Position numbers and translations under genes: made by a program
The notes under the pieces: generated by a model
Database searches by the model: none
What the model was told of the DNA's origin: nothing
Seen by the model: the letters and a program-made list of their open reading frames with translations, nothing else
In this document: in pieces, positions 45,915 to 55,982 of the stretch
Position numbering within the stretch: position 1 is the stretch's first letter
Layout of the letters: the number at the start of each line of letters is the position of its first letter
Assembly (NCBI GenBank): GCA_945911015.1
Contig: CAMDZW010000005.1
Location: 84,832 to 148,831 of the forward strand
Direction: 5' to 3'
Length of the DNA: 64,000 nt
Source of the DNA: an uncultured Propionibacteriaceae bacterium
Lineage (GTDB): Bacteria > Actinomycetota > Actinomycetes > Propionibacteriales > Propionibacteriaceae

Positions 45915-47183
45915 GTGATCGACCCGAAATTGCTGCGTACCGAACCCGATGTCGTACGAAACTCGCTCCGCATGCGCGGCGAGGACGAGGGCGTCGTGGA
46001 TGATCTGCTGGCCGCCGACGAGGCGCGCCGCTCCGCCATCGGCACGTACGAGAGTCTGCGGGCCGAGCAGAAGGCCATGGGCAAGCAGGTCTCGCGCGCA
46101 CAGGGCGAGGAGAAAGCCGCGCTGCTGGAGCGGACCAAGGCACTGGCCGCGGAGGTCAAACAAGCCGACGCCGAGGCATCGGCCCAGGGCCAGCGGTTCG
46201 ACGAGCTGATGCGCAGCCTGCCCAACCTTGTGCTGCCGCAGGTGCCGCTGGGTGGTGAGGACGAGGGCGAGATCCTGTCGACCCACGGCCAGCCACGCGA
46301 CTTCGCCGCCGAGGGGTTCGAGCCGAAGGACCACCTGGAGCTCGGTGCCGCCCTCGGTGCGATCGACATGGAACGCGGGACGAAGATCTCGGGTTCGCGG
46401 TTCTACATCCTCACCGGTGTCGGCGCCGAACTGGAGCTGGCCCTGGTCAATCTGGCGGTCTCGACGGCGTTGCGCAACGGATTCACCCCAGTGATCCCCC
46501 CGGCCCTGGTGCGCCCGGAAGCGATGGACGGCACCGGATTCCTCGGTCAGGCTGCCCAGGACGTCTACCACCTGCCGGCTGACGACCTCTACCTGGTCGG
46601 CACCTCGGAGGTGGCGCTGGCGGCCATGCATGCCGACGAGATCCTCGAGGCCGACCAGCTGCCGATCCGCTATGCCGGTTACAGCCCGTGTTTTCGTCGG
46701 GAGGCCGGTTCACACGGCAAGGACACCCGTGGCATCTTCCGGGTCCACTGGTTCGACAAGGTCGAGATGTTCGTCTACTGCGATCCGGCCGAGGCCGAGG
46801 ACGAACACGAGCGACTCCTCTCGTACGAGAAGGAGTTCCTGACCGCACTGGAGATCCCCTTCCAAGTGCTGGATGTCGCCTCGGGCGACCTGGGACAGAG
46901 CGCGGCCCGCAAGTACGACTGCTACTCGTGGGTGCCGAGCCAGCAGCGCTACCGTGAGATCACCTCGACCTCGAACTGCACCGAGTACCAGTCGCGCCGG
47001 CTCAACATCCGCACCCGTGGCGCGGAGGGAACGGTGCCGGTCGCCACGCTCAACGGCACCCTCTGTGCAGTGACCCGGACCATCATCGCGATCCTGGAGA
47101 ACCACCAGCAGGCCGACGGCTCGGTCCGTGTCCCGGCCGCACTGCAGCCCTATCTCGGTGGGCGTGAGGTCCTCGTCCCATGA
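45915..47183 (+). CDS. serS: Serine--tRNA ligase
   Basis: [14 protein letters not shown] begins the N-terminal coiled-coil arm. Class II motifs are present ([34 protein letters not shown] and [21 protein letters not shown]). The start is GTG. Confidence 0.95.
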   Translation: MIDPKLLRTEPDVVRNSLRMRGEDEGVVDDLLAADEARRSAIGTYESLRAEQKAMGKQVSRAQGEEKAALLERTKALAAEVKQADAEASAQGQRFDELMRSLPNLVLPQVPLGGEDEGEILSTHGQPRDFAAEGFEPKDHLELGAALGAIDMERGTKISGSRFYILTGVGAELELALVNLAVSTALRNGFTPVIPPALVRPEAMDGTGFLGQAAQDVYHLPADDLYLVGTSEVALAAMHADEILEADQLPIRYAGYSPCFRREAGSHGKDTRGIFRVHWFDKVEMFVYCDPAEAEDEHERLLSYEKEFLTALEIPFQVLDVASGDLGQSAARKYDCYSWVPSQQRYREITSTSNCTEYQSRRLNIRTRGAEGTVPVATLNGTLCAVTRTIIAILENHQQADGSVRVPAALQPYLGGREVLVP

Positions 47184-48010
47184 CATCGTCGGGCAGGGAC
47201 GGGGCTGGCGCGGATTGGTCCTGGCGCTCCGGTCGTCCTGAGCTGGTCGCGCTCGACATCGACGGCACTCTGGTCGATGAGCGCGGGGTGATGCCGGAAC
47301 CCGTACGGGCATCGGTGCGCCGCGTCGTGGATGCCGGGGTCCCGGTCGTCCTGGCCACCGGCCGTTCCTGGCACGGCACCCAGCCAATCTTCGAACACCT
47401 CGGGCTGCCGCCGGGACTGGCCGTCTCCTCCAACGGGGCGGTGGTGGTCGAACATCCACCGACCGTTGTCCGGCAGGAGATCACCTTTGACCCGCGGGCG
47501 GTCATTGCCCGCGTCCAAGAGCTGGCTCCCGAGGCGTTGATTGCGGTGGAGGTGGTGGGTCGTGGCTATCGGTTGTCGGGGCACTTCCCGCCGGGTGAGC
47601 TGAGTGGCGAGATGACGGTCCAGTCGATCGCCGAACTTGCTGCCCATCCGGTCTCACGGGTGATCATCCGCGACCCGGACCGGGCCGATGAGGAGTTTCT
47701 CGACCTGGCCGGCCAACTCGGCCTGCACGGGGTCAGCTACTTCATCGGCTGGAGCGCCTGGTTGGACATCGCTCCCGAAGGTGTCGACAAGGCCGCCGGG
47801 CTCACCCCGGTGCTGGCCCATCACGGCATCGATCCGTCCCAGGTGTTGGCAATCGGGGACGGGCGCAATGACATCGAGATGCTCAGCTGGGCCGGCCGAG
47901 GGGTCGCCATGGGCCAAGCACCTGATGAGGTGAAGGCGGCGGCCGACGCGGTCACCGCACCCTTCGACGAGTGGGGCACCGCGGTCGAGTTGGACCGTTG
48001 GTTCGCCTGA
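47180..48010 (+). CDS. Cof-type HAD-IIB family hydrolase
   Basis: The motifs [12 protein letters not shown] and [12 protein letters not shown] are present. An ATGA overlap links it to the serS stop. Confidence 0.8.
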   Translation: MTSSGRDGAGADWSWRSGRPELVALDIDGTLVDERGVMPEPVRASVRRVVDAGVPVVLATGRSWHGTQPIFEHLGLPPGLAVSSNGAVVVEHPPTVVRQEITFDPRAVIARVQELAPEALIAVEVVGRGYRLSGHFPPGELSGEMTVQSIAELAAHPVSRVIIRDPDRADEEFLDLAGQLGLHGVSYFIGWSAWLDIAPEGVDKAAGLTPVLAHHGIDPSQVLAIGDGRNDIEMLSWAGRGVAMGQAPDEVKAAADAVTAPFDEWGTAVELDRWFA

Positions 48011-48098
48011 GTCGAGTCGCCCGCAGCCGCAGCCGAGCCGTTCGGTTCAGGCTGTAGAACGGTGAGGTTGTCGAGCGGTTGGCTTGTCGAGTTGGGGC

Positions 48099-48683
48099 TC
48101 AGGCTGCCGCGGCGGCGCGGCCGCTGCGACGGGTGCGGGTGGCGTGGCCCTTGACCTGACGGAACACCTCGATGACCTGCCCCATGGTCGGGACGGTCTT
48201 CTTGCGGATCGGGGTGACGGTGGTCTGAGTGCGGGCCTTACGGAGATGACGCTTGACCGTCGACAAGGAACAACCGAGACGGTGGGCCAACATTTCGAGG
48301 CTCTCGTGGGGGTTCGCCCGGCGCAGGCGCACGACCTCGTCGTGGTCGACCTGGCGGTGGCGGGCCGTGACACCGGCAAGGGTGTCGAAGTCTTCGGGTG
48401 CGACGGTGACTCCCAGTCGGGCGCGGATTTCGTTGCGCTCCTTGCGGGTGGTGCCGGCGCACAGGCCGGAGACATCATGCTTGACGACTGCGTCGTAGAG
48501 GCACTGCTGGACCAGGGGGCAGCTGGCGCAGACCTTCTCGGCCTCGCGGACCAGTGCGCCGTATTCGCGACGGACGGCGGCGCCTGCGGTGCTGGTCGGG
48601 GGCTCCTCGAGCAGGGGGTTCTGGAAGATGTCCTTGGCGTCCAGGCAGGCCGGGGTCGACGTGGTGGAGGTCAGTGCAGTCAT
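48099..48683 (-). CDS. WhiB-like (Wbl) Fe-S cluster domain fused to a C-terminal helix-turn-helix and a basic tail
   Basis: The Cys pattern C13...C52-x2-C55-x5-C61 (ACLDAK...KVCASCPLVQQC) matches the Wbl arrangement. The G[VI]WGG turn is replaced by SGLCAGTT. The C-terminal ESLEMLAHRLGCSLSTVKRHLRKAR looks like a sigma-70 region 4 / LuxR-type HTH. Confidence 0.65.
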   Translation of the reverse strand: MTALTSTTSTPACLDAKDIFQNPLLEEPPTSTAGAAVRREYGALVREAEKVCASCPLVQQCLYDAVVKHDVSGLCAGTTRKERNEIRARLGVTVAPEDFDTLAGVTARHRQVDHDEVVRLRRANPHESLEMLAHRLGCSLSTVKRHLRKARTQTTVTPIRKKTVPTMGQVIEVFRQVKGHATRTRRSGRAAAAA

Positions 48684-49062
48684 CTCGTGTCTCCGAATCT
48701 CTTGCTGTCTGGGTCACCGCTGTGGCGGCCTCGCCTCAGACGTTGTTTCGGGGCCGCGAGGTTCCCCTCGATTTGGCCTGACTCAACATTTTCACTGGGT
48801 GACTGCGGCAGCAATACTCACGAGTAGGGGCATGAACCCGTCTTTGTCTGCGCCTCAAGGCTCATTAGTTATGAGTATTCGTACCCACTTGTTCTGGGTA
48901 GCTATGAGGATGTCCTAAGTTTTCGTTCGGGTGGCGAGAAGCGCGGATCGGCGTCATGGCGCGGTTTTGAAGTTACCCATGAGTATGGCCGGGTACTCAA
49001 GGGGTGATCATGGCTGACGGTGGATTCGTCCAGCCCCACTCAGGCGTGAGTTGTGACGAAGG

Positions 49063-49641
49063 TCACAGGTACATGCCGCTGCTGCCTGACCCACCGGTGG
49101 GGTGATTGCCCTGGGGCAGGGCACGCCGCATCTGCTCCAACTGGGCCCGGCTGGCCATCTGCTGGGCGACCAGAGTGGTCTGGATGCCCTGGAACAGGCC
49201 CTCGAGCCATCCGACCAGTTGCGCCTGCGCGATCCGCAGTTCCGCTTCGCTGGGTGTCTCCTCCTCGAAGGGCTGTGCCAGCCGCTCGAGCTCCTCGGCC
49301 AGCTCGGCGCTGATGCCCTCCTTGAGCTCGGCGATCGAGGTGCGGTGGATGTCGCGCAGCCGCTGCCGACTGGCCTCGTCCAGCGGGGCGGACTTGAGCT
49401 CACCCAGCAGGGTGCGGGTCATCGTCCCGATCCGCATCACCTTGTCCGGTTGCGACACCATGTCCGCGATCGAGGAGGTCGTGTCGTCGGCCTCCTCCTT
49501 GCCCTCTTCGGCCTCGTCCGGGGCACGCTCGATCGCCATCCCGTTGGGGGTCACCAGGATCACCCGCCCGTCCTCGGTCTGGGCCGCCATGGCGGCGCCA
49601 TCGTTGGTCGATTCGGCTTCTTCGCGTTCGTTCTCCGACAT
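49063..49641 (-). CDS. bpa: Bacterial proteasome activator Bpa/PafE-like protein
   Basis: An internal ATG at 49641 gives MSENEREEAES.... The N-terminus is acidic and disordered-looking, the core is helical, and the C-terminus ends ...GGSGSSGMYL. This resembles the GQYL (HbYX-like) tail of mycobacterial Bpa. Confidence 0.7.
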   Translation of the reverse strand: MSENEREEAESTNDGAAMAAQTEDGRVILVTPNGMAIERAPDEAEEGKEEADDTTSSIADMVSQPDKVMRIGTMTRTLLGELKSAPLDEASRQRLRDIHRTSIAELKEGISAELAEELERLAQPFEEETPSEAELRIAQAQLVGWLEGLFQGIQTTLVAQQMASRAQLEQMRRALPQGNHPTGGSGSSGMYL

Positions 49642-49796
49642 GGTCCCGATCCTAGGCCGCGGCAGCTCTGAAACCGACCGGTGGCCGTTCACCGGCGGCG
49701 AGACACCGCAGTCAGTGATCCCGGGCGAGGAGACGGATGTGCACACAAGAAATCGGGTGGCCGATTGTCGGTGTCGGGGCATAGCGTGGGGTCGCC

Positions 49797-51671
49797 ATGG
49801 ACTTCCCACCCCAGATCACTGCCTACGAGCCGCGCGCGGACCAGATTCCTGACACCCGCACACCGGCTCGCTTCCTGCTGTGGCTGCTTCGGCTGCAGGC
49901 CGGCTCCTTGGCCCTGTCTGCTGTGTTGAGCGCCCTGTGGTTGCTGCCGCAGTTCGCCGGCCCCTATCTGGTGGGTCGGGCGATCGACGACGGTGTCCTC
50001 GGCGGCGACAGTCAGGCGTTGTGGCGCTGGGTCGGTCTGCTGCTCGGGATGATGGCGATCGGTGCCGTCGGGGGCGTCCTCTCCCACAGCTGGGTGGTCC
50101 GGACCTGGCTGATCTCGCTCTACGCCACCCAGAAGATGGTGACCCGCAAGTCGGTCCAGTTGGGGCATGTGTTGCCGCGGCGTACCCCGACCGGTGAGGT
50201 GCTGAGCGTGTCGGGCAGCGACTCCGAACAGTTCGGCCAGCTGAGTGAAGTCGTGGCCAATCTGTTCGGTGCGGTCGTCGGATTCATCGTGGTGGCGGTG
50301 TTGATCCTGACCACCTCGCCGTTGTTGGGGCTGGTCGTGTTGGTGACCTCCCCGCTGTTGCTGGCCTCGGCGCTGCCGTTGCTGCGGCCCCTGCACTCGC
50401 GCCAGGGTGTGGAGCGCTCCCGCAACAGTGACCTGACGTCGATGGCGACCGACATTGTCGCCGGGTTGCGGATCCTGCGGGGCATCGGCGGCGAGCGGAC
50501 CTTCGGCGAGAACTATGCCGACCAGTCCCAGCGCACCCGCCGGGCCAGCGTCGCCGCCGGTCTGGTCCAGTCGATCCTGGACGCCGTCAGCATTGCCTTC
50601 TCCGGACTGTTCCTGGTCCTGTTGACCTGGCTCGGCGTGCACGAGGTCACGGCCGGACGGCTGACTGTGGGCCAGCTGACCAGCTTCTTCGGCTATGCCG
50701 TGTTCATGGTGCAGCCGCTGCAGATGATCTTCCGGACCGCCCAGCACTGGGTCCGCAGCCTCGTCTCGGCCCAGAAGGCTGTCGCCGTCCTCGGCCAGCA
50801 GCCGCCGTGGAGCGAACCCGCTGAGCCCCAGCCTCTCGACCCGACCGGTGAACTGGTGGATGCCCGGACCGGAGCCCGTATCCCGGCCGGTCTGTTCACC
50901 GTGGTCGTCAGTGGCGTGCCCGATGACTCCGCTGCCCTGGCGGATCGACTGGGCCGCTACCTGCCCCGACGCACCACACCGGTTGCCACCGAAGGTGAGG
51001 ACGATCTTCGGGCACGGACGAAACAGCGGGGTGAACGGCGGCGGGCCCGGGTCGCGCAGGCAGAGGCCGAGGACCGCGAACTGGTTGCCGCGGCCTGGGG
51101 TGTCACGCTCGGCGGGGTCGATCTGGCGGAGGCTTCGTTGGCCGATGTGCGCTCGACGGTGTTGGTCAGCGATGCCGGCGCAGCGATGTTCGCCGGCACC
51201 TTGCAGGATGCGGTTGATCCGCATGGCCGTCTCACTCGCGCAGAGGCTGAGCATGCTCTGGTCGTGGCCGCAGCCGAAGATGTCTACGAGGCGGTCGACG
51301 GCGGCTGGCAGGGCCGCATCGACGAACGGGGTCGGGGACTGTCCGGAGGACAGCGGCAACGGGTGGTTCTGGCCCGGGCCGTCGCGGCCGACCCTCCGGT
51401 ACTGGTGCTGGTGGAGCCGACCTCAGCGGTGGATGCACACACCGAGGCCAGGATCGCCGAACGCCTGGTGGCCGAGAGGCGAGGCCGTACGACAGTGGTC
51501 ACCTCGGTCTCCCCGCTGTTGCTGAACCATGCCGACCACGTCGTGGTGTTGGCCGACGGAGTCGCGGTTGCATCCGGCAGCCTCGCCGAGGTGGCAGACG
51601 ATCCCCGCTACACCCAGGTGGTGTCGCGGGCGATGGATGAGCACCCCGTTGCGGAAGGAGCGGTCGAATGA
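49797..51671 (+). CDS. ABC exporter subunit (TMD-NBD half transporter) with a degenerate NBD
   Basis: A six-helix TMD is followed by an NBD. The NBD keeps the LSGGQRQRVVLARA signature. Walker A is replaced by VVSGVPDDSAALADRL, Walker B by VLVLVEPT, and the H-loop His by Ser. Confidence 0.85.
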   Translation: MDFPPQITAYEPRADQIPDTRTPARFLLWLLRLQAGSLALSAVLSALWLLPQFAGPYLVGRAIDDGVLGGDSQALWRWVGLLLGMMAIGAVGGVLSHSWVVRTWLISLYATQKMVTRKSVQLGHVLPRRTPTGEVLSVSGSDSEQFGQLSEVVANLFGAVVGFIVVAVLILTTSPLLGLVVLVTSPLLLASALPLLRPLHSRQGVERSRNSDLTSMATDIVAGLRILRGIGGERTFGENYADQSQRTRRASVAAGLVQSILDAVSIAFSGLFLVLLTWLGVHEVTAGRLTVGQLTSFFGYAVFMVQPLQMIFRTAQHWVRSLVSAQKAVAVLGQQPPWSEPAEPQPLDPTGELVDARTGARIPAGLFTVVVSGVPDDSAALADRLGRYLPRRTTPVATEGEDDLRARTKQRGERRRARVAQAEAEDRELVAAAWGVTLGGVDLAEASLADVRSTVLVSDAGAAMFAGTLQDAVDPHGRLTRAEAEHALVVAAAEDVYEAVDGGWQGRIDERGRGLSGGQRQRVVLARAVAADPPVLVLVEPTSAVDAHTEARIAERLVAERRGRTTVVTSVSPLLLNHADHVVVLADGVAVASGSLAEVADDPRYTQVVSRAMDEHPVAEGAVE

Positions 51672-53602
51672 GTGACTTGGCGACCACCTCGGCCCAGACC
51701 TGGCAGGACCGGACTGTCATCGCCGACGATCCGGCCGACCCCAGGACCGTCCCCGATGTCTTGCACCCGCCGACGACCGGCACCGTTGCGGAGCGGCTGG
51801 CCGCCTGGCATCGGCGGCACCTGCTGCGCGAGGAGCGGGCCCAGTCGGTGTTCGCGCAGTCCCGCAGCGGTGCCGGAGGGCTGCCCGTGGCCGACGGACG
51901 CTCGGTGGTGAAATTCATCTCCGAGCTGATCCTGCGCCGTCGTGGGCTGGTCGCGGTGCTCATCCTGGTCAACGTCTTGGCCGCTGTCGCCGGTGTCGTG
52001 GTGCCCAGGATCCTGGGTGGCCTGGTGGACCGGGCCGTCCCGGGTGCGGATCTGGCCGCGCTTGACCGGATCGCCCTCGGTGTGGCCGGGATCGTGGCGA
52101 TCCAGGCGGTGCTCACCTTCTCGGCGCGGTTCGCGGCCACGGTGTTCGGTCAAGATCTGCTGTCGAATGCTCGAGAACATGTCGTACGGACCGTGCTGCG
52201 GTTGCCCCTGGGCCGGGTCGAACAGGCCAGCACCGGCGACCTGGTCACCCGGGTCACCCGTGACGTCGGCGCGATGAGCGGTGCTGCCCAGTGGGCGCTG
52301 CCCACCGTGCTGTTGGCCGGGGCCACGGTCATCTTCACTGTCATCGCGATGGTGCTGAACTCATGGCTGCTGGCGCTGCCGACCCTGGTGTGTACGGGGT
52401 TGGCCATGATCCAGGTCCGACGCTATCTGCAGCGGTCGCCGGCCGGCTATGTGACCGAGGGCTCGACGTACTCGGCGTTGGGTTCCACGCTCACCGAAAC
52501 CGTCGAAGGGATCCGTACGGTCGAAGCACTCGGCCTGCAACGGGCCCGGATCGCCGCGGGTGACCACGACACCGAGATCGCCGGTCAGGCCGAGCGGTAC
52601 ACGATGAGCCTGCGCAATCTGCTGTTCGCCGTGCTGAACATCGGCTTCGGGCTGCCGCAGTCCCTGACCGTTCTGGTGGGAGCCGCCTGTCACCTGGCGG
52701 GCTGGGTGACGATCGGCCAGGTCGTGACCGCCCTGTTGTATGTCTCGATGATCGCTGGTCCGTTGGACCAGCTGATCCACGTCGTCGACCGGCTGCAGGT
52801 GGCCGGCGCCTCGACCGCCCGTCTGTTGGGGATCGCCGATGTGCCGCCGGACCGGGAGGAGGGGGAGGACCGCCCGGACGGGGTCGAGCTGATCGGTTCC
52901 GACCTGCGCTTCGCCTACCGGGACCACGATGTGTTGCACGGCATCGACTTGGCCCTCTCCCCGGGCGAACGACTCGCGATCGTCGGTCCCAGCGGCTCGG
53001 GCAAGTCGACCCTCGGCCGTCTGTTGTCGGGTATCAACGGGCCCCGTACGGGACGGGTCACCGTCGGCGGCGTTGACCTGGTCAACCTGCCGATCGAGAA
53101 CCTGCGGACCGAGGTCGCGCTGGTCACCCAGGAGCATCACGTCTTCGTCGGTAGCGTCCGGGACAACATCGTGTTGGCCCGGGAGGACGCCGGCGACGAT
53201 ATCGTGATCAATGCGCTGAAGTCGGTCGATGCCTGGAGCTGGGTGTCCCGCTTGTCGGCCGGTCTGGACACCAAGCTCGGATCAGGCCATCAGACGCTGA
53301 CACCGGCCCAGGCCCAGCAGATCGCACTGGCCCGGCTGGTGGTCGCCGATCCCCACACCCTAGTGCTGGACGAGGCGACCTCCCTGATCGATCCGCGGAC
53401 GGCCCGGCACCTCGAAGGCTCCATGTCGGCACTGCTGGACGGCCGCACCGTGGTGGCGATTGCGCACCGGCTGCACACCGCCCACGATGCCGACCGGATC
53501 GCCGTCGTCATCGACGGTCGGATCGTGGAGTTGGGTGACCACGAGACCCTGGTGGCACAGGGCGGCGAATATGCCCGGCTGTGGGAGGCGTGGAGCAACT
53601 GA
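51668..53602 (+). CDS. ABC exporter subunit (TMD-NBD half transporter) with a canonical NBD
   Basis: An ATGA overlap links it to the upstream subunit. Walker A is GPSGSGKST, the Q-loop VTQE, Walker B LVLDEATS and the H-loop IAHRL. The signature is degenerate (LTPAQAQQIALARL). Confidence 0.9.
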   Translation: MSDLATTSAQTWQDRTVIADDPADPRTVPDVLHPPTTGTVAERLAAWHRRHLLREERAQSVFAQSRSGAGGLPVADGRSVVKFISELILRRRGLVAVLILVNVLAAVAGVVVPRILGGLVDRAVPGADLAALDRIALGVAGIVAIQAVLTFSARFAATVFGQDLLSNAREHVVRTVLRLPLGRVEQASTGDLVTRVTRDVGAMSGAAQWALPTVLLAGATVIFTVIAMVLNSWLLALPTLVCTGLAMIQVRRYLQRSPAGYVTEGSTYSALGSTLTETVEGIRTVEALGLQRARIAAGDHDTEIAGQAERYTMSLRNLLFAVLNIGFGLPQSLTVLVGAACHLAGWVTIGQVVTALLYVSMIAGPLDQLIHVVDRLQVAGASTARLLGIADVPPDREEGEDRPDGVELIGSDLRFAYRDHDVLHGIDLALSPGERLAIVGPSGSGKSTLGRLLSGINGPRTGRVTVGGVDLVNLPIENLRTEVALVTQEHHVFVGSVRDNIVLAREDAGDDIVINALKSVDAWSWVSRLSAGLDTKLGSGHQTLTPAQAQQIALARLVVADPHTLVLDEATSLIDPRTARHLEGSMSALLDGRTVVAIAHRLHTAHDADRIAVVIDGRIVELGDHETLVAQGGEYARLWEAWSN

Positions 53603-53619
53603 CCGCTCCGGCCGCCCGA

Positions 53620-54408
53620 TCAGAGATCGCGCAGGTCTGCTCGCTCCAACAGCTCGATCTTGACACCGTCCGGGTCGGTGATTTTGGCCAAGCTCCCGTG
53701 GCCGTTGCCAGCAGGCTTGGGCGTGCCCGGCAGTGGCTCGATGCCGTGGCCGGCGAGCTTGGCCACGATGCCGTCGAGGTCATTGACCCGAAGTGCCAGA
53801 TGGGCGTAGATCTCGGTCTCCGGGACCGGACGGTGCAGCAGTTCGAGCACGTCGTAGTCCCAGTGCAGGTAGTCGATGGTGAGCTCGGTTGCTGCGATGT
53901 GCATCGTGGTCAGGTTCTTCATCCCGAACAGGTTCTGGTAGAAGTTCCGTGCTCCGTCGAGATCAGGGGCACGGAGGGAGTAGTGGTCGAAGCCGACCAC
54001 GAACTCGTCCTCGACGATGCCTTCGCGCATCGTCACATCGCGTTCGATCAGTTCCACGCGGGCATTGTTGGGATCCCGTACGAAGGAGAGTCGCCCGACA
54101 CCGCTGCCGGCGGTCTTTGGGGCAGTGAATTCGTGGACGCCGGCGTCGACCAGTCGGGCGTGGTCGGCATCGAGATCGTCGGTGAGGAAGGCGATGTGGG
54201 TGATCCCCTTCACTTCATCAGGATCCTGCTCGCGCCGATGAAGCAGCTCGATCATGCCGCCCGCGATCTGCAGATAGCGCACGTCGGTGCCGGTGCTGGG
54301 GATGAAGCCTTCGAACACCGTCGTGGCATTGAAGGCCTTCTGGTAGAAGGTCATCGATGCTTCGAGGTCGGAGACGACAATGCCGAAATGGTTGAGCTCG
54401 GTGATCAT
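53620..54408 (-). CDS. VOC-superfamily (glyoxalase/bleomycin-resistance/dioxygenase) protein with two tandem VOC modules
   Basis: An internal ATG at 54408 gives MITELNHFGIVVSDLEASMTFYQKAF...HIAF. A second module follows (GFDHYSLRAPDLDGARNFYQNLFG...HLALRV). The upstream part of the track ORF is Arg/Pro-rich with no support. Confidence 0.8.
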   Translation of the reverse strand: MITELNHFGIVVSDLEASMTFYQKAFNATTVFEGFIPSTGTDVRYLQIAGGMIELLHRREQDPDEVKGITHIAFLTDDLDADHARLVDAGVHEFTAPKTAGSGVGRLSFVRDPNNARVELIERDVTMREGIVEDEFVVGFDHYSLRAPDLDGARNFYQNLFGMKNLTTMHIAATELTIDYLHWDYDVLELLHRPVPETEIYAHLALRVNDLDGIVAKLAGHGIEPLPGTPKPAGNGHGSLAKITDPDGVKIELLERADLRDL

Positions 54409-54521
54409 GGCTTGCCCTTTCAACGCCGCTGCGTGCCACGATACTGCTCGGTCCCGACCATGGACCTCATTCCGCACCGCGCCGATCCGTGATGGGATCG
54501 AAGCAACATCAAGGAGGATCA

Positions 54522-55982
54522 GTGACTGAGCTTTCGGTACGGGACTGTGGTGCCGTCGGTGACGGGACGACCAAGGACACCGCAGCGATCCAGGCAGCGA
54601 TCGACCAGGTGGCAGCTGCCGGCGGGGGCCGGGTCGTCGTGCCGGCCGGGCGATACCGGATCGGCACGATCCACCTGCGCGACCACATCGAGCTGCATCT
54701 GGCACACGGCTCGGTGCTGTGCGGGAGCCCTGACCGGGATGACTACAACCCGGATGACCATCTCTACGCCGACCAGCCGTTGCCGGCGGAATCGGTGAGT
54801 GCCGCACATCTGGTGATCGGGATCGGGCTGAACGATGTCGCGATCACCGGGACGGGGACGATCGACGGCAACGCCGATGCGTTCATGGAGCCGACCCGTC
54901 AAGGCCCAGAGATCGAGGCCCACCGGATCGGTCGACCGAAACGGCAGCTGTCCGACTGGCGTCCGGCGCAAATGATCTTTCTCTTCCAGTGCAGCAATGT
55001 GAGCCTGCGTGATCTGCGGCTGGAGAACACCACCTACTGGACTCTCTACCTGTTCGACTGCGAGGTCGTCTCGCTCTCCGGGCTGCGGATCACCAACCCT
55101 GCCGACACCCCCAATGGTGACGGGATCGACATCGTGTCCAGCCGGCGGGTGACGATCAGTGACTGCATCATCCGCAGCGGCGACGACTGTCTGGTCTTCC
55201 GGACTCGCAACACCAAACTTCACCACGACCCGGTCTGTGAGGACATCGCGGTCACCAACTGCATCCTCAGCACACCCACGGCAGGCATCAGGATTGCCGT
55301 CTCACAAGGGATGACCCGCCGGGTCACGGTCTCCAACACAGTGATCTCCCATGCCCGTACGGGACTGCTGGTCGTCGCGAAGTACGGCACAACCGCGCCG
55401 GCGGCGAGTTGTGAACAGATCCACCTCGCCGGGGTCACCATGGATGTCGCGATCCCGTTGTCGGTGGTGGTCGGGTACCCACCCGACACCCCGACCGTGG
55501 TCCGCGACATCTCACTGCGGGGCTGTGACATTGTCGCTTCGGCAGCGGCCCAGGTGGTCGGCACCGAAGCGATCCCGGTGGACCGGTTGACCATCAGCGA
55601 CACCACATGGCGGGTTGTCGGTGGCAGCGACAATCGGGAGTGGTGGGACCAGGCACCCGAGCTGATCTCCGGCTCCGGGTTCGGTGGGTACCCGGGCCGC
55701 GACGGCGCCCCGACGCTGCCGGCGGCCCTGTGGACCCGACACACCCGCGATCTGGTGCTGTCCCGTGTTCGGCTGCGCTGGGAGGACCCGGGCAGGGCCT
55801 TCCGCGACGGCCTCCACCTGGCCAAGGCGGAACGTGTCACCGTACGGGACTGTGACCTCGCCGCTCCGGGCTGGGAAGGTGAGTCAATCCGGTGGGAGGA
55901 TTCCGCTGGATCGGCAGGCTCAGGCCGTCAGCACGATCTTGCCGATCGAGGCGCCACTTTCCAACAGGGCATGGGCTCGTGA
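54522..55982 (+). CDS. Glycoside hydrolase family 28-like (polygalacturonase-type right-handed beta-helix), no signal peptide
   Basis: AAGGAGG RBS precedes GTG 54522. The N-terminus reads SVRDCGAVGDGTTKDTAAIQAAIDQVAAAGGGRVVVPAGRY. The catalytic-region motifs NGDGIDI, RSGDDCLVF and AGIRIAV are present. Confidence 0.75.
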   Translation: MTELSVRDCGAVGDGTTKDTAAIQAAIDQVAAAGGGRVVVPAGRYRIGTIHLRDHIELHLAHGSVLCGSPDRDDYNPDDHLYADQPLPAESVSAAHLVIGIGLNDVAITGTGTIDGNADAFMEPTRQGPEIEAHRIGRPKRQLSDWRPAQMIFLFQCSNVSLRDLRLENTTYWTLYLFDCEVVSLSGLRITNPADTPNGDGIDIVSSRRVTISDCIIRSGDDCLVFRTRNTKLHHDPVCEDIAVTNCILSTPTAGIRIAVSQGMTRRVTVSNTVISHARTGLLVVAKYGTTAPAASCEQIHLAGVTMDVAIPLSVVVGYPPDTPTVVRDISLRGCDIVASAAAQVVGTEAIPVDRLTISDTTWRVVGGSDNREWWDQAPELISGSGFGGYPGRDGAPTLPAALWTRHTRDLVLSRVRLRWEDPGRAFRDGLHLAKAERVTVRDCDLAAPGWEGESIRWEDSAGSAGSGRQHDLADRGATFQQGMGS

